Of a DNA stretch of 64,000 bases, positions 54,689 through 64,000 are shown piece by piece. Made by a program: the position numbers and the translations under genes. Positions within the stretch are counted from its first letter, which is position 1. Each line of letters starts with the position of its first letter. The notes beneath the pieces are model-generated. The model was not told where the DNA came from, searched no databases, and was given only the letters and a program-made list of their open reading frames with translations. The DNA is from Macrostomum lignano (lineage: Eukaryota): assembly GCA_002269645.1 (NCBI GenBank), contig NIVC01003997.1, forward strand, positions 1,873 through 65,872, in the 5' to 3' direction.

Positions 54689-57600
54689 TCACTTCTTCCT
54701 GCCCAGAGTGAAGAATCTCTTCTTGCCGGCCGATTCGCCCGCGCCAGGCGCCCCGGCGCCGCCAGGCGTGGCGCCAGACGGTCCGGCGCCGGCGCCCGCG
54801 GGCGGCAGAGTGGCAGCCCTGGCGGCGGTGGTCGGCGTGGCCCCGGCGGCGGCGTTGACCCGGGTGACCCAGTCGGTCATCTCGGCCTCGCTGCGGGCCT
54901 GGAACAGGTACTCGGCCCCGCTGGCCATCTTCAGGCGGAACACGTGCGGCCGCTTGTTGTAATCCGGCGCCGGCGCGCTGCTGGCGCCGTTCAAGTCTAG
55001 CGGCGCCTCGTGATGATAGGTGTCCTGCGGCCGCTCCTTGGCGTAGCGCTGGTCTTTGTAGAAGCGCAGGTGCCCGGCCTCCAGCACAACGTAGCTGCGG
55101 AGGGGGGGGGGTGGGGAGACGTGAAATAAACGCGATTTCAGATTAGCGAATTAGCGAAAGCAGAAGACAAGCAACTCACATCTGCTGCCAGCTGCGGTGC
55201 TGGGCCTTCTTGCCAGCCTGGTCCCATTCGTGCTTGCGCGCCAGCGGACCCTCCAGCTTGGCGGCCGTGATTGGCGGCTGCTGCTGCTGCTGGGAAGTCG
55301 ACGGCTTGGCGGTTGTTGAAGGCTGCTGCGGCTGCGAGGTCGGCGACACCTGGCTGGGGGCCTGCTGAGTCGGGCTGGCTGGCTTCTTCGGCGGCTTCGG
55401 GCTGGGCGGCGGCTGCGGCACCTGGGAGGCGACGGCCTCGGCCCGGCGACGGGACTTCTCCTCGGCCTTGGCCGCCCTGGCCTCCTCCGATTGGTCCTGC
55501 TCGCGCAGCTCGAAGGTAGTCTGGCGTTGCAGCGCTTGGAAGCGCTCCTCCTGCGACTGCGCCGCCTTCTCGAACGCCTCGTGCTGCCTGATGAGGGCCA
55601 GGGTCTCCTCCAGGCTGTCGCCAACGTGCCGGCTATTGAGGTGCGGCTCCTGGGCCAGCAGCCAGCCTTCCGCCACTGCAGCGTCCCGGGCGAATTGGTA
55701 AACCTGGGGGAGGCGGATGAAGTATCGATCGCTTGTAAATGCCTTGTTGTGGACCAATCAGGGACTCCCACTGAGCTGTCGGGGGACTGACCAATCAGAC
55801 TCCTACTGTGCTGGGGGCGCTGACCAATCAGATAACCCCTGTGCTGGGGGGCGCTGACCAATCAGAGAATCCCAATTGTGCTGAGGGAGCTGACCAATCA
55901 GAGATTCCCAATTGTGCTGGGGGAGCTGACCAATCAGAGAATCCCAATTGTGCTGAGGGAGCTGACCAATCAGAGAATCCCAATTGTGCTGAGGGAGCTG
56001 ACCAATCAGAGAATCCCAATTGTGCTGAGGGAGCTGACCAATCAGAGAATCCCACTTGTGCTGAAGGAGCTAACCAATCAGAGAATCCCAATTGTGCTGA
56101 GGGAGCTAACCAATCAGAGAATCCCAATTGTGCTGAGGGGAGCTGACTAATCAGAGAATCCCACTTGGGCTGGGGGAGCTGACCAATCAGAGAACCCCTG
56201 TGCTGGGGGAGCTGACCAGTCAGACTCCTACTGTGCTGGGGGAGCTGACCAATCAGACTCCTACTGTGCTGGGGGAGTTGACCAATCAGACTCCTACTGT
56301 GCTGGGGAGCTGACCAATCAGACTCCTACTGTGCTGGGGGAGTTGACCAATCAGACTCCTACTGTGCTGGGGGAGCTGACCAATCAGACTCCTACTGTGC
56401 TGGGGGAGCTGACCAATCAGAGAACCCCTGTGCTGGGGGGAGCTGACCAATCAGAGAACCCCTGTGCTGGGGGAGCTGACCAATCAGAGAACCCCTGTGC
56501 TGGGGGAGCTGACCAATCAGACTCCTACTGTGCTGGGGGAGTTGACCAATCAGACTCCTACTGTGCTGGGGGAGCTGACCAATCAGAGAACCCCACTTGT
56601 GCCAGGGGAGCTGACCAATGAAACCCTCACCTCAAGCATCAGCTGGAACTGATCCCACTTCTCGTCCCAGGCGTCGTTCATGTCGAAGCGCTTGCCAATC
56701 ACTTCCCGCAGTTTCTCCTGCACCACGTCTAGCTTGGGATGGCGGCGCTGAATGAGGGACTTGCCGAGGTTGCCGGCAATGGTGAAATTCTCATCCCTGG
56801 CGTCCATCTCGGCCTTGAGGTTCTTGTGCGAGTTCATCAACAGCTCGACGCCGGAGACGTCGCGCGGCTTCTCTTGACCAGCCATCTCGGCGTTGATGCC
56901 GTCCATCCACATGAGCAGGTCGCGGATCATGTTCAAGAACCTGTGGAACTCGCCATTGTCGGCCAGATCGGCTTTGCGCTTCTGGCAGTGCAGGGTGAGC
57001 CGGTTCCAGGCGTCGATGACTTCGTCGCGTTTGTCGCGAATCAGCTGCTCCTTGTCGCCGCTGTAGGCCGGCAACAGGTCGTCGGCGTCGCGTTCGACGC
57101 CGTGCACGGCGGCTTCGAGAGTTTTCAAATCGTGCTCGAAAGTGGCGTGCTTCCTGGTGTAGGCGTCGGCCGACTTGGCGTCCTTGCCAACGTCCTCCGG
57201 GATGGAGAGCTCCTTCTCTTCGATTCGGTCGAGGACGTCGTGACAGTCGCTGAGGAAACGATGGAAAGCGTGGGCGGCGGTGAGCAGCTGGGTGCGGGTG
57301 TCCATCAGCTCCAGCAGGTCGGCCCAGGCTTCGTTGACGCGGTCCTTCCATTCGGCGATCTCCGCCGAGCTGCGGTGGCCCTGGTCAATCAGGCTGTCAA
57401 CGAACTGGTTGGCTGCGGCCACCTGAGGGATTGAGGGGGGGGGCAGGAGAGTCAGTCAGTCAGTCAGTCAGTCAGTCAGTCAGTCAATCAGTCAGTCAGT
57501 CAATCAGTCAGTCAGTCAGTCAGTCAATCAGTCAGTCAGTCAGTCAGTCAATCAGTCAATCAGTCAATCAGTCAATCAGTCAATCAGTCAATCAGTCAAT

Positions 57601-60600
57601 CAGTCAATCAGTCAATCAGTCAATCAGTCAATCAGTCAGTCAGTCAGTCAGTCAGTCAGTCAGTCAGTCAGTCAGTCAGTCAGTGTCAGTCAGTCAGTCA
57701 GTCAGTGTCAGTCAGTCAGTCAGTCTTTTTAGATTGTCTTAGTGTCTGTCTGTGTGACTGCCTGCCTATCTTAGCGTTTGTCTGCTTGTCAGCCTCCCCA
57801 GCAGCTCACCCTCTCGGTGCCGATAGCCTCGGTCTCCTTGGCGAACTCCCTGAACCGCTCGCGCAGCAGCACGCAGTGGTCGAAGTCCTTGCCAAGATCG
57901 TTGCTCTGTGCCACAATAGTCCGCTCCTGAATCCAGGCCTCCAGGTCGAGAATCTCCCGCTGCAGTTGGTAGAGTTTCAGCTGCTCCTGCAGCCAGGCCC
58001 GCTTCTCGGCGCACAGCTCTTTGAGGGTGGCGTACAGGCGGTCCAGGCGGTTCTGAGCCTGGGCGATGCGCTCGGACTCGGGGTGCTCGGCGTCGATGAG
58101 GTCGCGGGCCCGGCCGCCCAGGTTGCGGATCTCGTCGGCGTAGGCCTCGACTGCGCGCTCCACCTGACGGAGATGGACAAAGTTAAGTAAATAGGCGCTT
58201 TGGATGTGACCAAAATATTAACGGACACTATAAATTTAACTTTATGAGGGACTTTAAAGAGTGAGATTAACATACTGTGAAATTTATAGAGTGAGATCCA
58301 AGAGATGAGATCAATAGAGTGAGATCCAAGAGATGAGATCCAAGAGATGAGATCCATAGAGTGAGATCCATAGAGTGAGATCCAAGAGATGAGATCCATA
58401 GAGTGAGATCCATAGAGTGAGATCCAAGAGATGAGATCCATAGAGTGAGATCCAAGAGATGAGATCCATAGAGTGAGATCCAAGAGATGAGATCCATAGA
58501 GTGAGATCCATAGAGTGAGATCCAAGAGATGAGATCCATAGAGTGAGATCCAAGAGATGAGATCCATAGAGTGAGATCCATAGAGTGAGATCCAAGAGAT
58601 GAGATCCATAGAGTGAGATCCAAGAGATGAGATCCAAGAGATGAGATTCATAGAGTGAGATCCAAGAGATGAGATCCATAGAGTGAGATCCAAGAGATGA
58701 GATCCATAGAGTGAGATCCAAGAGATGAGATTCATAGAGTGAGATCCAAGTGATGAGATCCAAGAGATGAGATCCATAGAATGAGATCCAAGAGATGAAA
58801 TTCATGCAGTGAGATTAGACACTGACACTAAATAGCAAGGAATAGAACCCCACCTGCTCGTGCTTCTTCATAGCATTATTAGCAGCCTGCTCATCCCTGG
58901 CGCGGGTCTCCTCGGGCATGAGGTACAGCTCCTGCTCTCCCATCCAGGTCTCGGCTTCGCGGGCGTCCTCCAGCCACTGCTGGTCGGACTCGCTGTCCTC
59001 CAGCCGGTGCTCCCGATCCTTCAGGGTGTCCTCCAGCTGGCGCCACAGATCCAGCAGGTCATCGATTCCGCGCTGGTACTGTTCAGCCTGCGGCACGCCC
59101 TGGGAGATGAGCTCCTTGGCCTGGGCCACGGTGTCCTCCATGCGCGGCCTGTGGTTGTCAACCTCGGCGGACAGCACCTGTTGCGGTTAGCAAAATTTTG
59201 TGGAGGTCTGGGTGTGAAATTAAAGCACGAGATCTACCTTGCCTATCCCTTTGCAAATCATTTAGATTAGAATCTACTCAATCTCTATTCGAATCTACTC
59301 AATCTCTATTCGAATCTACTCAATCTCTATTCGAATCTACTCAATCTCCATTCGAATCTACTCAATCTCCATTCGAATCTACTCAATCTCTATTCGAATC
59401 TACTCAATCTCCATTCGAATCTACTCAATCTCCATTCGAATCTACTCAATCTCTATTCGAATCTACTCAATCTCCACTCCCACAGCCCATCTCACCTTAT
59501 GCCGCCGCTGCAGCTGCGTGGCGGACAGCAGCGAGTTGCCAACATCGCCAGACCTGGTCAGGGCCAGCTTCTCCTCGGCCCACATCTTCTCGTCTTCGAT
59601 GTCGCGGAACAGCTGCTGGATTCGCTTCCGCCTGACCAGTTCGTCCTTCTTTTTGCTCATCGGATCGCGCAGCTTCACGAATGTCTGCTGCAGCGACAGG
59701 TGAGTCTTCTCGAATACCTCTTCCTTGTCGGGGTGCTGCTCCTTGAGCTTCTCCTTGTGCTCGGTCATGTCCTCGAGCTGGCGCTGGCGCTCCTCCATCT
59801 GGCGCTCCTGATCCTCGATGCCCTTCAGGCAGATGTCGACGTCGGTAAGGGTGACCACCTCCTCCTCGTCAACCACCATCTGGCTGATGAGCTTCTCCAT
59901 CCAGACGTTGACGTCCTGGGCGGTGTTGTTGAAGATGGTCTCCCGGTTGGCTTCCAGCAGCTTTTCGCCCTTCTGCTTGACCTGCTCCTCGAGCTCGGCC
60001 CATTTGGCGGCCAGCTCGGACACTTCGGTCTGCACCGGCTCGGCGAACTCCGGCTGCTCAGCAACCAGCTGCTCGGCAGTCTTTCGAATAGTCTCCAGCC
60101 GTTCTTTGTTTGCTTCGATTTCCCGTTCGAATGTCTTGTGCCGATTGTACGGCTAGTGATGTTCTTCGAGTCCTTGAAGCTCTCGTCCTCGGCCACTAGA
60201 CGGCGGTCCTCGATCCACTCGGCCAGGTCGTCCATGTCCTGGCGGAGATGCTGCAGGCGGAGCAGGGCCCGCAGCTGGGCCAGGCGCTCCTCGGCTCGTT
60301 CCAGATTCGACGAGCGTCGGCGACGAATAGAATCGACCTTCTGCTGAATCTTCTCCTTGGCGAAGTGCTCCTCCTCGGACAGCAGTCGCTGGCCATTGTC
60401 GTCCAGGGTAGCCAGCTTGTCGTCATTCGCCTTCATCGAGGTGATGAAGTTCTCGCACTGCTTGATGAGCAGCTCGGCGTGCTCCACCTGCGTTTGTGCG
60501 AGGCAATTAATTAATTAATTAATTAATTGGTTCTAGATAAAATACAGATTTATGATCATAGCTGTCATAGACTCCAGATCAAATATAGATTTATGATCAT

Positions 60601-62581
60601 AGCTGTCATAGACTCCAGATCAAATATAGATTTATGATCATAGCTGTCATAGACTCCAGATCAAATATAGATTTATGATCATAGCTGTCATAGACTCCAG
60701 ATCAAATACAGATTTATGATCATAGCTGTCATAGACTCCAGATCAAATACAGATTTATGATCATAGCTGTCATAGACTCCAGATCAAATACAGATTTATG
60801 ATCATAGCTGTCATAGACTCCAGATCAAATACAGATTTATGATCATAGCTGTCATAGACTCCAGATCAAATACAGATTTATGATCATAGCTGTCATAGAC
60901 TCCAGATCAAATACAGATTTATGATCATAGCTGTCATAGACTCAGATCAAATACAAAATAATGGTCATAGACTATCATAAGTCAGGTCATAAATTCAGCT
61001 CATACACTGTAGACCATGACAAACAGGACTTTGGTCACAGCTCACAGACTAAAAGCGTCACACATTTCAAACGAAATCTCTTTGATAAAGAAAAACTTAC
61101 AGAGGTTGGCGTGTCCTGCTTAGACAGGAAGTTCTCCTGAGAGCTGAGCAGAACGTCGCACTGCACAGCGTCGCGCATAAAGATCTGCAGACTGAGACTC
61201 TGCGATAGCTGAGTATGCTTCACATCCCACATGTGCTGCAGAGCGTTCCAATCCTCCTCGAGCGCGTTGAGTCGCTGGCTCAGGAACATGTACTGAGCGT
61301 CAGTCTGGCCTTCCGTCACCGTCGGCCGTAGCTCATCAGGCTGGCGAACTCCTCTTCGTAGCCTTTGATCTCCTGTTTGAGGTTCTGGTGCTGGGTGAGC
61401 AGCTTCTCAGCCTCGGCCAAATCCTTGGGAATATCCTCGGTGGCCACAGTTGTCTGGGTGTTGCTCAGCCAGATCTGAAGCATAAGCGGTGAAAAAGCAT
61501 CTCGTTAGCAAATCCATTCTGCATAATAAATTTATGCAGTCATTTATTAGCAGAGAGGGCTGTCGGCCACCCTGGCGCAGCGCTGACGGCAGTTCTGCCA
61601 ATTCTACATGCAAGCGCTCACTCAGGATGTACAGCGCGCACTCTGACTTTCTAATCATCAAGCATGTACACTCCCTGTGCCTTGGGGTTGGCCCTCATGG
61701 CTTAATTGTGAATTGCATGACAAACCCAAAATTGACCCGGGTAAAAATTTGAATGTCGATCGACACTAGTGTCAATGGTGTCTTGTCGATACTGGCGTGG
61801 CCACCGTTGACACTACTTTTTTGACACTCAAATTCCAAGACATCATACGACACTTCCGTTGACACTGCGGGAGTGCCCGTTGACACTGCCCGTTGACACT
61901 ACCGTTGACACTGCCCGTTGACACTGCCGTTGACACTGCCCGTTGACACTGCCCGTTGACACTGCCCGTTGACACTGCCCGTTGACACTGCCCGTTGACA
62001 CTACCGTTGACACTGCCGTTGACACTACCGTCGACACTACCCGTTGACACTACCCGTTGACACTACCGTTGACACTGCCCGTTGACACTGCCCGTTGACA
62101 CTGCCGTTGACACTGCCCGTTGACACTGCCCGTTGACACTACCCCTTGACACTGCCCGTCGACACCAGTGTCAATCGAGTGTCATTATTGGCCCAAAGAT
62201 TTTTACCCGGGTGAGTGCGTTTGCACACGGAATGGAACCAGGTGTCGTTGCGCGAGAGTCAGACGTCTCTCAATTTGAGTACTAACCGCGACTAATTAAT
62301 GCTTAACTTTGAATTCTGCAACTGGCTGGACTGACACAGAATATAAGCAGTTCATCAAATATGCGGCTGGCCATCTGCAGCAATGCCCCAGTGTATACAG
62401 ACTGCATTCGCGATTTTGAATTATTTAGCTATTAAAGCCTCCCATAGGAGAAACTGCCGCGCTCGGAGGAGTCATAAAAATGGTACTAAAAGCAAACAGA
62501 AAAAAGCCGGCCAAGGCTGTGAATAGAATTGAATTAAGTTGATGAAAAACTGACTGACTGACTGACTAGCTAGCTAGCTAG

Positions 62582-62631
<50 letters not shown>

Positions 62632-62632
62632 G

Positions 62633-62685
<53 letters not shown>

Positions 62686-64000
62686 TCTCCATTTTCTCTA
62701 CCAGAAATTGAGTCGCTGCGCCGTTTGACCAGCTCAGTAACTACTGCACAATAACAGCACAAAGAATAAGCAGAAAAGTCACCTGGAAGTGGTCCAGATC
62801 CTGCAGGAATTTCTGCAGCTCGGAAGACTCCTCCAGGCGTTCCCGACGCTCCTCCGCATTTCGCTGAGCTCCTTCCACAGATCTTTGAGTTTGTCCCGTT
62901 CGGCGCGCAGCTTCTCAGCTTCATCCGGGCGGACATTCTCCAATTTTTCGCACTGCTCGTCCAGGTGCTGCAGGCGGGCCTCGATTGCGGCCATGTCGGT
63001 GTTGAGATGCTGCAGCCGGCGCTGCAGCTGCATGATGCGCCCAGATCGTTGCCGAGCTCGTCAGTGGACTCAACCAGCTGGCATTTCTCCTTGATCCAGT
63101 TGGCAGTCTGCGGCACTCGATATTATAGGTGTTGTAATCGTAGGCGTTGTTGATGCGGTCGCGGCGATCGTCCACCAGGTCTGCCAGCTCGTTCCACTGG
63201 GCCTTCAAGTCGTCTTGGCGTTCGCGAATCTCTTCGCTGTTCGGGTGGTTCACGCTTTGCAGCTGGTTTAGGATGGTGGTGGGCAGGGGTGAATTAATTA
63301 TCTTTGATGGCTTCTACCAGTGGAACGCTTCACAAGTTATACATTGATGTCTATGGTATAAATGTATGTTTACTGTTTATATGACAGAATGTCTACTTTA
63401 GTTTATGGAATAAATGTATGTTTAGGGTCTATATGGCAGAATGTCTACTTCAAAGTCTATGGTAGAATGTTTAATTTAGTATATAGATGGCAGTAAGTCT
63501 ATGGTAGAATGTCTATTTGATTAGTGTCTGTTAGAACGCTCACTTTAATGGTCGAGAACGTCAACTGCAAAATTATACAATGCCCAAAGCAGCCTGAGCA
63601 CACAGAGGACTACTCACATGATTGCCAGTGTCGTCAATCTCGGCAACCCGTTCAGCGTTAGCTTTGAGCTCCTGCTCGAATCCATCGAATCGATGCTTGA
63701 CAACCTCCAGCTCTTCGATCTCCTCCGAAGGCAGCATGGATGCCAGCAGGCGTTTCTTCTCGCGTATCCAGGCCTCCAGCTGGTCGGCGCCGTTGAACAG
63801 CCGGTGCATCGCCAGGGCGTCGTCAAGGCGCTGCTTCCTCGTGGCGGCCTGCTTGAGCAGCTTCTCGTACTTCTCGTCGATGCTTCCAGCCGCTGCTTGG
63901 TAGTTGGCGAGTCCCGATCAGCCTCGTTAAGCCCGTCGGCCAAAGAGTGCAGACTGTCGATCTCGGCCTTGTAATTGCGAATCTCCTCCTGCAGGTCCTC
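54689..64000 (-). CDS. SPTBN1: Beta-spectrin (3' part: spectrin repeats, PH domain); 5' end beyond window; six -1 frameshifts in 60.1-63.9 kb
   Basis: Minus-strand exons >64000-63618, 63262-62783, 61474-61101, 60487-59496, 59177-58854, 58163-57810, 57422-56631, 55703-55180 and 55094-54689. Spectrin-repeat motifs (W..E..., LLE..QF.RDA..AE.W). Tetramerisation region VYQFARDAAVAEGWL..QEP.L...VG..LEE...LI..HEAFEKA...EERF.AL. PH domain RKHEW..AGKKA.HRSW..IYVVL...FYKD...Y.KR.HVFRL...G.EYLFQA....M..W. C-terminus KKRFFTLGRKK. Confidence 0.95.
55765..56620. repeat. 36/33-bp minisatellite with CCAATCAG core, spectrin intron
   Basis: Unit gggagctgaccaatcagagaatcccaattgtgctga and variants. Confidence 0.93.
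57450..57725. repeat. (AGTC)n/(AATC)n microsatellite, spectrin intron
   Basis: Direct inspection. Confidence 0.95.
58285..58800. repeat. 14-bp two-variant minisatellite, spectrin intron
   Basis: gagatccaagagat / gagatccatagagt. Confidence 0.93.
59268..59475. repeat. 21-bp minisatellite, spectrin intron
   Basis: Unit tctactcaatctctattcgaa, about 10 copies. Confidence 0.93.
60535..60955. repeat. 41-bp minisatellite, spectrin intron
   Basis: Unit agactccagatcaaatacagatttatgatcatagctgtcat, about 10 copies. Confidence 0.95.
61736..62211. mobile_element. Non-autonomous DNA transposon (MITE) with internal 13-14-bp tandem array
   Basis: Perfect 13-bp TIRs CCCGGGTAAAAAT (61736-61748) / ATTTTTACCCGGG (62199-62211), flanked by TGA on both sides (61733-61735, 62212-62214). 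The interior is a cgttgacactgcc array. Confidence 0.65.
62550..62686. repeat. (TAAC)n microsatellite, spectrin intron
   Basis: Direct inspection. Confidence 0.93.
63345..63530. repeat. Degenerate repeat (gtctatgg..agaatgt core), spectrin intron
   Basis: Several diverged copies. Confidence 0.55.

Noticed and set aside
60150-63885. Programmed ribosomal frameshifting or RNA editing in spectrin
   Set aside because: No slippery heptamers or downstream structures at the sites, which have heterogeneous contexts; sequencing error or decay is far simpler.

Overview
Eukaryotic (metazoan) genomic DNA. GC-rich, Ala/Gln/Ser-homopolymer-rich exons are separated by introns and spacers filled with tandem repeats; this style suggests a rhabditophoran flatworm such as Macrostomum (inference, not verified). 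Eight spliced genes could be reconstructed by hand. On the + strand: the terminal exon of a TRIC/TMEM38 channel, GON4L/mute (7 exons), a KDEL receptor (2 exons) and a Methuselah-like class B GPCR (2 exons). On the - strand: Lhx2/9-apterous (4 exons), a highly divergent Cys-loop ligand-gated channel subunit, a single-domain LAMP protein (5 exons) and the 3' part of beta-spectrin, which carries six single-base frameshifts. The most striking structure is that 26 of the 27 introns I could define hold their own private mini- or microsatellite; the only exception is an 85-nt intron. Arrays also sit directly behind stop codons; in one gene the repeat unit itself supplies the stop. One array lies inside a TIR- and TSD-bounded MITE. 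Two copies of a tRNA-headed SINE and a related diverged element are present. Most long ORFs in the supplied track are repeat artefacts.
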